From contig NC_043004.1 in the NCBI RefSeq assembly GCF_006345805.1, positions 52,390,001 to 52,454,000 on the forward strand: a DNA stretch of 64,000 bases, in the 5' to 3' direction. The position numbers and the translations under genes are program-made. Below, piece after piece: positions 51,209-64,000 of the stretch. Each line of letters begins with the position of its first letter. The stretch's first letter is position 1. Origin of the DNA: Octopus sinensis (Eukaryota). The notes below the pieces were generated by a model. The model searched no databases and was not told the origin of the DNA. It saw nothing but the letters and a program-made list of their open reading frames with translations.

Positions 51209-54199
51209 ATATATATATATAAAGAAAGGTATATAAATGTATATATATATATATAACATACATATATGTATATATACGTATATATATGTATATATATGCA
51301 TCCGTATGTATATATATATATATGTATATGTGTATGTATGTATGTATGTATGTATGAATGTATGTGTGTATATATTACTATTGTGTTATGGTGTATCTTC
51401 TACTTTTCCTTGGAAAGAAGAGAAAAACAAGAACGATCATTTGGCCATTTATTCTAGAAATTTCTCTGAGAAAACATCACTGGCTAAAGACAGTTATGAA
51501 CTTTTCTAGGTTAAAAACTGTGAATCAGTAATCAATAAATTTTACCATCTGACTATCTTCTTTTCTTCTTCACTTTCATTTATTTCTTTTCTTTCGTCTA
51601 TTCTTTCTTTGTTCGTTCCATCTTTCTGTTCTTTCATGGCGTATTTATTTCTAGCTTTTTCTCTCGTCTCTGTATGTTACTGTCAACTTAATGTCAATAT
51701 TGATGGACGGTGAGATGAACGGACACATCTTTATTCAGTCAATTCCTATTGTACGTTTCCTGAACTGGGAGTGATATATATTTTGTGAGGTATGATGTGA
51801 CAGTGTACTTGGGAACCCAACATATCAACTGCGTGGTTGTTGGTTCGAATCATTGAACAGGTTAATGTTGTTATTCTAAGTAATATATCCACAAACAATA
51901 AAAGTATATAATGCATCAAACTTAGATTGCGGGGTACAGTATCTTTCAGCTCTGTTATAAAAGGCCCGTGATTAAGGTGGAGAATAAAATTTCACAACCC
52001 ACCTTCTTTGACATAAGTATGTTGTAAATCCAAGGTAACAGTATGAAGGATTAATGTATGTAGCAGCATTGTGAAACTGGCGAGTGTTTGAATTGAAATA
52101 CACATATTAAACTCTCTTAGTTATAAGAAAAAAAAATGGTGCTCATAGTTTTTATACCATGTACACAAACGTGAAACGGCTCCAGTTCTATTAGTTTGTC
52201 TCATTGTTCGTGAATAGATCAAATCATCTCGGTGTATTCGTCACTGAAGATACCAAATCATCTCGAGATAATGAGTCACGAGGTCCACTTTCGTTCTGAA
52301 CAAAGGTCTGTATTGACGAGGAGAATTTATCTAGTTCATTTGCTTAATTTTATCCGTTACCAGATTACAAGACTCCAAACAAACGATGAGTAGGTGCCTC
52401 GACGCCATTGTTACATGAGGAAGGAAAATATCTGAATTGTAAAAGTTTTAGGCTGTAAACTAGTAAATTATCCCCTTTTGAGCCAGAAACCAATAGGTTT
52501 CAGTGTTAACTGTCCCAAGTGCCACCAGTACATGTTCTCAGCCAAGTATATGAGAATAACCAGACAGAAGATGTCTTGCTCAAAATACACAATGCACTGT
52601 TTGGTCCACGAAACGTATCCTGGATCCAACGATTAAGAATCCCAGACTCAAAACATTAGGTTACGCACTTTCGCTTTAGCAAATGATAAGAGTATACAAC
52701 ATACATTTATGATTTAAGTTTGAAAATAATATTTCAATAGATTAATGAATTAAGAACGAGTTTATATGGAGAGGACTTTACTCTTCCAAGCTTGTACCTT
52801 TTCTAGAATATCTTTTTCTAGAATATTCCTCAGCAGTAGAGAATTAACAAAGTGAATCAAAATATGTGGCGGTCAATGAGCTATTTGAGGCAGAAGTAGC
52901 CTTTGAAATGAATATGAAGTAACACATCACTAACTATTTAGCCAGCGTTAAACTTTATTGGCAGTGATTGATTTTGATCTAGCATTCGGAGATCATGTGT
53001 CTGTTTCTGACGAAGTCCATCTTACGTTGAATCACATGCTGCAGCAGTCGCGTCGCCGGTGCTGACGGAATTTAAGTCTACCGACAAAATCTGTGCATTT
53101 TATAGCACCTAATGACTATACGAAATTATTTCTCGTATATATACATAAATATATTCAGAGGGTGTCTGCACATTCTCTATCGCCCCACTCCTACTCAAAG
53201 GCATTGCTAGGCCTGTACGATCGTCCACAGTTGGGACTGCACCTGCATGCATCTGCTGGCTAAATGAATGTTTTTGAAATACAGTCAGCCCTTTACATTT
53301 TGTATTGTATAAGTACACAATTTATATCTACAAATTTCCTGTACATTCCTTGACAAATATTACAGTTCCGATAGCACTGGTTATTGATCTTGTATGTCAA
53401 AGTAAACTATTTTTATGGCATCAGACACTGTTTCAGTAATTTTGGGGTAGATATAATCAGCAAGACGTAGTTGCCAGCTATCGTTGATCTCCTCAATAGA
53501 ATAATCGTGATGAGAAAGCATTTTGTCACGTACATATGATATATAGCTTCATGTCATACATGTAATTATTTACATAGAGTCCGTAGTCCGGACAACTAAA
53601 ACACGCTTTGTTAATTACCAGAAGTATACCTCAGGGGAAATCAAGAAACGCGGTTGCTCTTTTGTTTTCTCAAACTTTCCTATAGATTTAGTGAATTAAA
53701 CCTCATACCCCACCTGTCAAAAGATATAATGATATTATTACAGTTTGTATAACTTCGATAAATTTTTCATTTTCGGTCAAACTCTAAGCTGTCAAAAATC
53801 ATTACACTATCGTGTAAAGTCGATAACCGTGTGTATGTATGTATGCATGTATGTATGTATGTATGTATGTATGTATGTATGTATGTATTCATGTATGTAT
53901 TATGTATGTATGTATGTATGTATGTATGTATGTATGTATGTATGTATGTATGTACGTACGTACGTGTGTGTGTGTCTGTATGTATACATGTATATTCTCC
54001 TTTGTTTTAATTATTTGAATTCCTTCTCAGACGTTAGTTTCTAACAAAGATGCAGAGATTCATCGTTCGAATGTAGATAAAAAGAAGTATCTCAGCTTTT
54101 AAACTTAGAAAAGGCATGCATATTTTTACTGTTCCACTTACAGGTTGATTTGTAATGAGCGAGTTAATTGGGGTCAATGTATTTTTTCTGAAAAACCTA

Positions 54200-55330
54200 G
54201 TCTAAACAGATGATCACTTAGACATATATATATACACGTGCTGGCTCTGGTGGCCCTAATACGTTGATGGGATTTATATACCCAAAGACGAAAACTCGAT
54301 GACACTTCCTCAGTTTCGCTGAATGTTGACGGAAAACTCTTCTGCACTGTTTTTGCAAAGCGGCTCACTACTTGTTTGCCAATGGCTTTGTGGACACTAG
54401 TATACAGAAAGCAGGTGTCCCAGGGTTCCCAGGATACCTTGAGCATGTTTCAATGACTTGGCCTTAGATCAAAGAGAAGAAAGCATTGCGTAAAGATCTG
54501 CATGTTGTATGGCTGGACTTAGCAAATGCGTATGGTCCTGTGTCTCATAACATGATACAAGTAGTCCTGGAGATTTATGTGCGCCACAAACTCCGAGGTG
54601 TTCTATCCTTATACTTTGACTAGTTCATGATTCGGTTCTCTACTGCAAAGTACACCACTGAATACATTGATCTACAAAAGGGGATTGCAATGGGTTGTTC
54701 CATCTCCCCAGTCCTTTTTGTGATGGTTATGGAGGTCATACTGAGGAGCTTAAAGCCTGAGAACAGGTTAAACCAAGGAGGAGTAGAATTGAGTGCGTTC
54801 ATGGATGATCTCACTATTTTGTAGGATAATATCACGGTTGCCAGAGACGTTTTGAATAGATTGTCTGAACTGATCAACTGGAGTCAGATGTCGTTCACTG
54901 AAGGGTTGATCGCTCGTAAATTTGGTTTTCAGTATCGGTGGAGAGCAAATACCAACTGTTCGTGAGCAAAGTGTCAAAAGCCTAGGAAGATGGTACAGTT
55001 TTCCACTTACAGACAGACATCGTGGTGTTGAACTGCAGAAGCAGTCAGAGACATCTCTAAAAAAGCATTGATCAAGCAAGTTTACCAAGGAAGTTCAAGG
55101 TGTGGTTGCTCCTAACACTACTTTGGCCCATAACTCTATATGAAGTTTCTCTAGCAAGGATTGAAACAAGTTTACGTAAGATCAATAATGCGTATTATTG
55201 TGAATGCGTATAAGGCCTCAGAACTGACTGTCATGAGTCCGGTTTCAATGTACTACGTCTAGCTGTTGTGGGCCTACTGTGTGGAGAGATGCTGAGTTTA
55301 ACGGGTCGAAATCTTGTCGAAGCACGGTAC
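54200..55330 (+). pseudogene. Degenerate HERO-like non-LTR reverse transcriptase remnant
   Basis: LHVVWLDLANAYGPV, KGIAMGCSISPVLFVMVME, SAFMDDLTIL, VKSLGRWY; many stops and frameshifts. Confidence 0.75.
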
Positions 55331-55394
55331 TCAGCTGACGGGAAATGGAACACTGGGTGTTTTCTTCTACTATATTTATACATACATACATACA

Positions 55395-55419
<25 letters not shown>

Positions 55420-55425
<6 letters not shown>

Positions 55426-55950
55426 TTAATCACGTGGAGCCTCTTTATTTTGCAGTATTTCTCCCCTGCTCGTCAGTTTTTGCGATGGATGAAAAAGAAG
55501 AAATTCTGTTGTTTTTTTAATTTTTTCGGGGAAATCTGCAACCGAAACAGTTGCCATGCTTGTGAGAGCTTACAAAGCTAATGCTATGAGCAAAGCACAA
55601 GTTTACCAGCGGTTTTTACGCTTTAGGATCTTGGAAGACCGTCACCAAACAACTTACAATCTTGTGCATATAACTAGTGTTTCCTGGAACTCCTGACAAT
55701 GAATTTTGATCGAAGAATTGCGAATCGAAAGATTTGCATAAAAATGTGTGCCTTGCTTGCTTAAGGAAGATCAAAAAGGCACAGCTGAATGCGTGTCGCG
55801 AACTGAAAAAAACAGTTGGAAGTTGATCCAGATTTTTTTCCGAAGGTCATTACTAGTGAAGAAAGCCGGTGCTCCGGAATTTGCATATGTTGAAGAAGTG
55901 AAGAAAAAGACTATGCAGGCGTTAAAAGGATCACTTTGCAACAGTTCTAG
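55420..55950 (+). mobile_element. Internally deleted mariner remnant
   Basis: GKSATETVAMLVRAYKANAMSKAQVYQRFLRF N-terminal HTH; EEVKKKTMQALK C-terminal piece. Confidence 0.7.
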
Positions 55951-55994
55951 CATGAGTTTCGGATATCTATGTAAGTAATTACATAAGTGATAAC

Positions 55995-57023
55995 AACGAA
56001 ACCGGATTTGGGATTAATCTGTATATTTTGTATCTTTTCATTTGTCTTGCTCGCTTAAGTTCTGGCGTTTGCTAAACTTTCTTGAGAACATTCCTTTCTT
56101 AGTGGTAAAACCATAGGGTGTCGACTTCTAGCATAATCGATGTCCATTTAATGGTCATCCCTCTTATATGTATGTAATATAATTTTTCTGAATCTTAAGA
56201 GTTTTCTATATGCTAGACCAGTGGTTTTAAATTGATATTAATCAAATTAATATTCAATTTTTCACCGTTATTATTTTAAGTTTAAGTGTATATATATATA
56301 TATATACATACATATATACGAAATTAAGAGGAATGACCACTAAAGTGGGCGCCCTATATGCTAAACATAAATGTAAAATCGCCATTCCAACGAAGAATGT
56401 GTTCTCAAGAAAAAAATCTCAGCAGGACGCCAAAATGTGGAAATGAGCTAGAGAAATCAAAACATACGAAATAAAACGATTACCTACGTAACAATTGGTT
56501 TCACTAGTTAATATCTACATATATAAACACATAGATATCTCCAATATCGTCAGCGTAGTCTGTCGCTTACAAAACACAATTTCCAGAACTAGTTACAGAA
56601 CGCTTAACCGAAATCGAGCATGTATCAAGTTCTACAATTTATATTCGGGTCTATTTTTTCAAATGCCTTCATTTTGCGCGCTGAGACCGGAAATTACTCT
56701 GCAGTTAATAAATTTCAGCAGCCTATTTACCTCTTAGAGAACATTTTTTTAATTTAAAATTAAATAATACGGGTAGAAATCGATGTTAATCAATTAAAAC
56801 CAGTGGCTTAGCATATTTAAACATTATGCTGAATTTTTTCTTCAGAACACATTCTTCGTGGTAATGGCGATTTGACGTCTATGTTTAGCATATAGGGTGT
56901 CCACTTTAGTGGTCATTCCTCTTAATTTTGCATGTAACACAATTTTTAATATTCGTACTTTTAAATATGCTAAGCCACTGGTTTTAATTGATTAACATCA
57001 ATTTCTACCCTTATTATTTAATT
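55995..57023. mobile_element. Cluster of Penelope-type terminal-repeat fragments with nested inversions
   Basis: 56320-56416 inverted with 56833-56929; 56756-56820 inverted with 56961-57023; related to 11892-12098. Confidence 0.7.
56484..56558 (-). ncRNA. Type I hammerhead motif
   Basis: Minus CTACG-CTGACGA-long stem II-GAAA-CCAATTGT-TA-CGTAG; palindromic CAATTG loop; one stem III mismatch. Confidence 0.65.
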
Positions 57024-57101
57024 TTACACACACACACACACACCACACACACACCACACATATATATATTTATAAATGTATGTATATATGCATATGCGTA
57101 T

Positions 57102-57189
<88 letters not shown>

Positions 57190-58121
57190 TTACATATATA
57201 TAAAGATATATATATATATGTGCATGGATGTATATATGCATATGCGTAGATAAATATAACATTCTTACTTAACATGGAAAGCCACTAAATTGCAGTGATC
57301 GTCTTGAGAGACTTTCTTTTTATTGATAGTAGCAGATGAAATGTGCGCAGCAGCAGTGGAGCAAATGCTAAATCATATCTGATTTTTATCCAGTACTGAA
57401 GAGACCTAAATGTATATAAAAATATACTATTCACACATACATACCACCACTCATGTATTTGCTCTGTTTTCCATTTCGGTTTATAAGATAAAATACCCTC
57501 GGAGTATCTGTATAATGACACCAATTGTTATCTCTAACTCAGAAAAGTAACACATACTTTGGTATAATACTAATCTAGCAGAAACATTAAGTAAGTTAGC
57601 TAAGTGATTTAATAAATCATCTCCATTACGTCATCTCTCTGCATTCTATAAAAACAGAAGAAACACGTGAAGATGAAAACCTAGAGAATATCAAATGTCA
57701 TTAATACATAAATTCGTTTCGAGAATAAAGTCGTGAAATAAATATTTCTCTTTGGTTTGTTGAGAAATATGACATATTGCAATAGTAATTGCTCTCACTG
57801 TTAGACTCTACATTTCTTAGAGTTAGAGAGTGAGAGAGAAAGCGAGAGTGAGTTAGAGAGAATGAGAACGAGAGTGAGAGAGTGAGAGTGAGAGAGCAAG
57901 AGAGAGTAAGAGGTGTATTTAAATAAAGAAGTTGAAAGAAGCTAGGCCAAGAATCATCTTTATATTTTGCTTAGACATTTATGTAGGTTCTCTATGCTTT
58001 TCCCGCATGATCTTAAGCACACGCACGCATATAAATATTAGACATGGTTCTATGCTGCTTGTCCAAGATTTTGTAATCTCCATGATCTTATAAATTATTC
58101 CACATGCACGCAGATACATAA

Positions 58122-58152
<31 letters not shown>

Positions 58153-58611
58153 CAGCCACTCGAAACCGCATAGTCTTTAAATCTTACATGGTAAAGCATA
58201 GTCATGTAAATACATACATACCTACATACATATACATACATACATATATACATATATACATGCATACTTGCATGTTTGCATACATGCACACTTACGTTCA
58301 ACTAGGGATCATTCTTTAACTAATCCAATCAGTGTTATGATTTCTACTTATCGATCTCCTAATAAAATATGGTTCACAGGTCACACATAATACCATTCAG
58401 AAATACCAGTGTATGAATATTTTATATAGTAATCTAATTACCTTATACGCACAATTTTTACATAATTTGTTTCTGCATGGATAACCATAGGTATGTACAT
58501 ACACATACATGCATGCGCACACATATATTTTGATACATGTATATACATACTTACACACAAATGCACGCGTACATATATGTGTATATATATTATATATATT
58601 ATACATATATA

Positions 58612-58695
<84 letters not shown>

Positions 58696-58774
58696 AATAT
58701 ATATATTATATATATATATATATATATAATATACATATATATAGGTATATGTATATATACTTATATATATATAT

Positions 58775-58808
<34 letters not shown>

Positions 58809-58851
58809 TTATATATATATATATATATATATCTATATATATATATATAAT

Positions 58852-58887
<36 letters not shown>

Positions 58888-59284
58888 CATATTAATGCTT
58901 GTTTACGATGGATTCCGGAAACTGAAATAGTATTACAGTGTCTAAGAAAGGCCTCTGCAGCATTGTGATATACAGAATTATGAAAATTCATAAGAGCAAA
59001 ATGGGGATGTGAAACGAAGTGCAGACATTAAAACATCTCGTGAAAGTGAAGATGGTTTGGGGGCGTTGAAGGAAAATTGCATAATGGAAAAACAGAATGT
59101 TGCAAAGTGTTTGGAATTTTAACTTAAATTCAGTAACTGATGTATTCAAATTAACTGCGTATTATTCTAGTTTCCATATGTGTCTTCGGAGAAAATATAC
59201 AGGAAATTTAATTTGCCCTTTAGCAGTATAAGATTTGTTGATATAATATATAATTCGGAACAACGATATGTTATTTAATAACTC

Positions 59285-59892
59285 TTTCCAATTTTAGCAC
59301 AATGCGAGAAATTTTGATGTAAGGGGGCAACTCAATTTTATCGATCTCAGGACTTGCGAAGTAAGCAGGTATTTTATCGACCTCCGAAACAGGAAGGACA
59401 TTCGGCCTTGGCGAAGTTCGAACTCAGAATGTAATGAGTCGCGGCAAATACCACGAAGCAATTTTTGTGTTTTGATGCTGTAACAATTCTGCCTCTTTAC
59501 CGCCTTGATGTGTTATTTAGTTGACGTTTTTGTTAAAAGCACAAGGACTGAAATATTGGTGGAGGGGACTAGTCGATTACATCGACCCCAGTGTTTCACC
59601 CCGAATGGGTAAAACATAAAGTCGACACGGCGTGCTAACGATTATGCTAGTTTGTCACCTTAATATGCTATTTAATATTGCTTTCTACAATAGGTACGAG
59701 GACTTTAAAATTTTGGGGAGGGGATACTCTGTTATGTCGACTCCAGTGTCCATTGCTATGTACTTCATCAACTGAGAAATGATGAAAAGATAAGCAAACA
59801 TCGGTGGAATTTGAACCCAGAATGTAAAGACGGACGAAATGCCGCTACGAATTTCCTCCGACGTGCTAACAATTCTGCCTGCTCCCTGCCTT
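59285..59892 (-). mobile_element. Three consecutive degenerate SINE family B copies
   Basis: Repeated TCGAC..CAG and GAACYCAGAATGTAA blocks. Confidence 0.7.
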
Positions 59893-60133
59893 GATATATT
59901 AGTTCATAAAAGTATCATCCATCTTTCACGGTTAATCTCTTTTTGGCCATGTAGAGGCAGATTTGGGCCGGATAACCGGATTGAAACTCCAACACTTCAT
60001 GTGTTCCCTACCCCGTTTGGCAAGCTGGTGGTATTTCATGGGTGCACATATTGCCCATCCATGATGCCGATCTTTATTCAAAGGAAGGGCGTTCAAGCTA
60101 CAATGCAATTATCCAGTGTAAATATATACAAAC

Positions 60134-60199
<66 letters not shown>

Positions 60200-60565
60200 G
60201 TATATGTATATGTATATATAAGTATATATATACATACATATATATATATACGCATGCATACATACACAAAGAGCGCCCTACACTTTTGCATTCAATATTC
60301 TAATAACGTTGAAAATTATTATTATGTATCTTATGACATCAAACTTAGAATACCATGGTACCCATGTGATGGTGCATATTATTTTCAGTTCTGTTACCAG
60401 ATGTAATGATGAATTTGTTATTGCTCAACCATAGAAATAATAATCATAATAATAATAATAATAATAATAATTATAATAATAATAATAATAATTATTATTA
60501 TTATTATTATTAATATTATTATTATTATCATTATTATTATTATTATCATCATTATTATTATTAAA

Positions 60566-60614
<49 letters not shown>

Positions 60615-60697
60615 GCGTAAATAAATGCGTAATAGTAGTCTTTATAATAATTGTGGGGGAACTCTTACAGTGGTCGGGAAGAAAATAAACAATTATA

Positions 60698-61107
60698 CAT
60701 TTCTTTATTGCGCACAAGGGGCTAAACATAGAGGAGATAAACAAAGACAGACAAAAGGATTAAGTCGATTATATCGACACCAGTGCGTAACTGGTACTTT
60801 AGTTATCGACCCCGAAAGGATGAAAGGCAAAGTCGACCTCGGCGCAATTTGAACTCAGAAGGTAACGGCAGTCGAAAGACGAAATACCTATTTCTTTACT
60901 ATCACACAGAGGGGACAAACAAGGAAAGACAAAGGGATTAAGTCGATCACATCGACCCCAGTGCGTAAATGGTACTTATTTAATCGACCCCGAAAAGATG
61001 AAAGGCAAAGTCAACCTCGGCGGAATTTGAACTCAGAACGTAGCGGCAGACGAAATACCGGTAAGCATTTCACCCGGCGTGCTAACATCTCTGCCAGATC
61101 GCCGCCT
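60698..61107 (-). mobile_element. SINE family B near-dimer
   Basis: 24-bp TSD TCGGGAAGAAAATAAACAATTATA (60674-60697, 61108-61131) encloses both units. Confidence 0.88.
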
Positions 61108-63152
61108 TCGGGAAGAAAATAAACAATTATAATTCAGGATAGCAGCAGCTACACTACTTCAGCAAAATGTGACGATACTTTAAAATACCTATTTTACTAA
61201 CAAGAAAATTTCGTTTTATAAATTTAAATGATGCAATAAAATTGATACAATTTTCAGGGATAGGATTGCCTTGCTAAATTTTATAGTTATAGTTTTTTTT
61301 AAAATCTTCATTAAAAAAAAGAGAAAATGGGAAAAATATGTTCTTTGTAAAAGATAGAACGTTAAATTAGTTATAAAAATGTCTCTGAGATTCTATTTGA
61401 TTACTTTTAACTGCTGTGCTCTAAAAATGTGTTTTGGAAAAAGAAATTCGGTTTTGAAAGCAAAAATTATAGTGCTTGTATACCCATTTGTATATGTTGT
61501 CTTCTGTTATAGATATAATGAGGTGGGTTTTAGAGAAATGTAAAATTCAGTTTTACAGATTTTACTTTGTGTCTGGTACTTTGACTATCGACCTAGAAAA
61601 CGTGAAAGATAAAGATGGTCCTCGGTGGATTTATATTTAGAAGTTAAAGGGACGGAAGCAAATGCCGCAAATATGCTAGCGCTGTTCTTGGGGTTCTACG
61701 TATCGCACTGCCTTTCACAATTGAAAAGCGATCAGTTCACATCAAATAGAACAACAGGCTCACTGCTCAGATTTGAATGGTGATCTTGGTGATAGGAGGA
61801 TTAGTATTGACAACATGTGGTCAATATAGCTATCCGAGAATATCAAAATATTTTAAATGGATTTGAGCATTAGGGTACTGAAGTATTAGCGAAATGAAGT
61901 CGAGGAGCTGGCAAAATCGTTATTGCGTCGAAAACGATACTTGGTGAAACTTCTGGATTTTAACGTTCTAAGTTCAAATTGCCAATTTCGGAGACGAATG
62001 AATATAGTACTTGTAAAATGTTGGTGTCGATGCAATTGACTATATTCTTCCTAGTAAAACTGCAGACCTTTTGCGGAGATTTGTAAGAAGTATTACCGAA
62101 CAGACCGTGGAGCATTGCACGAATTTCCAGACAAATATCGATACAATAACTTCTAACGTAGCACATGTTTTACATTGAATACTCCGACTATGATTGAAGT
62201 TTTATTGTTCTTTATCAATTTCCTTTAGTATTTCCATTAAACATCTTTAAATATTTCTTATCGAAATCCGGTAAAAGCACAAAAGAACGAATTGAATTAT
62301 TGTTTTCAAATCAATACATTTTTCTATAAGTTATACTTTTTAATTTTATTTCAGATATTGACTCTATGGTGGTCAATAAGGTTCGGCGATCTTACGAAAG
62401 GGGTCAATGACATAAGAAATTTGTCAACCCGTGGTCTGAGATCGTACAAGAAGTGAGACAAGTGAAACGGCTCTAAAAAGATACTCAAAGTCTATCGCAA
62501 ACAATGGCATGTTATGTGTCATGCTAGCTAATCCACTCTATAGCGAAAGATGGAAAGTGAGTATGTGAAGCATACGCACTGTATATACATCAAGAAGAAT
62601 AGCTGCAAAAGTCTGACATTCAATCAGAACTTCCTAGCATCATTTGTTTAGTGATGTTATTGTATAGACACATTATTGCTATCAGAATGTTTCTCTTGTC
62701 ATCTGATATTATTGAAAGGAAACTTAGAATACTTACAAAACAAAAAAAAATGATACAATTATATAAAGAAGAAGAAAACTCAACCAAGAGAAAGAATAAA
62801 AATACGTAAGAAGTAAGTAGTGCTTCAAAATAACAGGAGATGAAACATGGAGGTGGTGTTAGAGAAGAGATTAGAATAATGTATTTTATCTCTCGAACAC
62901 AAATATACAAAGAAATAGTGAAACTATTTCACGGTTTCTCTCAGGTACCATAGATGGAAAAGACTGGCCACAAAAAAGAATATTACATAATTCTGAGTGT
63001 GTCTGTATCTACGGATGTATTGTATTTCTAATGTTTGTAATATATATACACACACATGCGTGAACGCATACCCGAAGATATATATATAAATATATATATA
63101 TATAATATATATATAAATATATATATATATTATATATATATATATATATAAA

Positions 63153-63400
63153 TAAAAGGGGCAGGCAATAGAAATAGCAGTCATAGACTGTTTATTTCTA
63201 TTTTCTACAAATGGGACTCCACATACGACATATCCCTGTAATTCACATATGCAAAACTATATGTGAATTTGCATATGTGAATTATAGGGATATGCCGTAT
63301 GTGGAGTCCCATTTGTAGAAAATAGCAATAAACAGTCTATGACTGCTATTTCTAATTTTTTCGGTATGCGGCCAAGCAACCTGTTGCCTGCCCCTTTTAA
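63153..63400. mobile_element. Fold-back element in (TA)n with ~87-bp arms
   Basis: Arms about 63168-63254 and 63268-63354; GACTGCTATTTCTA..TTCGGTATG tail shared with 42301-42330; family also at 32945. Confidence 0.75.
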
Positions 63401-63528
63401 TTATATACAATATATATATACTGAACTTTACAGAAGTCCCTACCGTTAATGGTTATATGTACATGCCGAAATCTAACAATAAATAATTGTTGGTTTTTTA
63501 AAAAAACCATTAAAGAAATTATTTACTC

Positions 63529-63570
<42 letters not shown>

Positions 63571-64000
63571 TATGTATGTATGTGGCTACCTGTCTTCACA
63601 GGTATATTGGTGTGTGGTGTTTATGTACGTATTGAAAATATGACCATGTAAATATGTGTCCACATCTGTGTGTAAAAGTTATTTAGTGTTAATCAGGACC
63701 ACAGAGCACGCTAATTGTTTATTTTAAAGGAATTCTCTTAGTTATATGTAGGATAATCAGATGTAAAAAATAAATATATTTAAAATAAACAAGTCTTACA
63801 CTAATTTGCCTCTGGTGCATAGAGCGAGGAAAGAAAGTGTAAAATAGTTTGTACCAGACCACAGAAAACATACGGCACTTCAATAGCATTCGCGAGAATA
63901 CATGGAATTTTGGAAACACTCAGCTCCACATCAAGACAAAAACCCTTACCGAAAGACATACTGGAATACGCAGAGGCGCACTCATACACTCATAAGAGGC

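Noticed and set aside
53109-53318. Possible minus-strand exon (AGAVPTV, or DACRCSPNCGRSY in another frame)
   Set aside because: No recognisable domain or partner exons

Overview
AT-rich, microsatellite-saturated animal genomic DNA with no recognisable host protein-coding gene; the SINE families and repeat landscape resemble coleoid cephalopod (octopus) DNA, which is an inference. Most ORFs in the track are translated microsatellites. The real coding signal comes from transposons: a 5'-truncated Tx1/L1-group LINE, two Penelope-like (RT + GIY-YIG) copies, a long Dong/R4-type RT-RLE element and fragments inserted in (TAA)n, a 5'-inverted RTE, HERO-like and CR1-group remnants, and mariner remnants. 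Two non-autonomous Helitrons and three abundant tRNA-type SINE families are also present. The main unannotated signal is at the RNA level. Read by eye, the window holds more than a dozen type-I hammerhead-ribozyme motifs (about ten unrelated sequence families) inside short non-coding fold-back elements, mostly inserted in (TA)n tracts. Most have palindromic stem-III loops, and three versions of the 3:8 core pair occur (C3:G8, U3:A8, G3:C8). These look like a diverse community of Penelope-derived, retrozyme-like non-autonomous elements. Ribozyme folds were assigned by manual base-pairing only; activity is untested.
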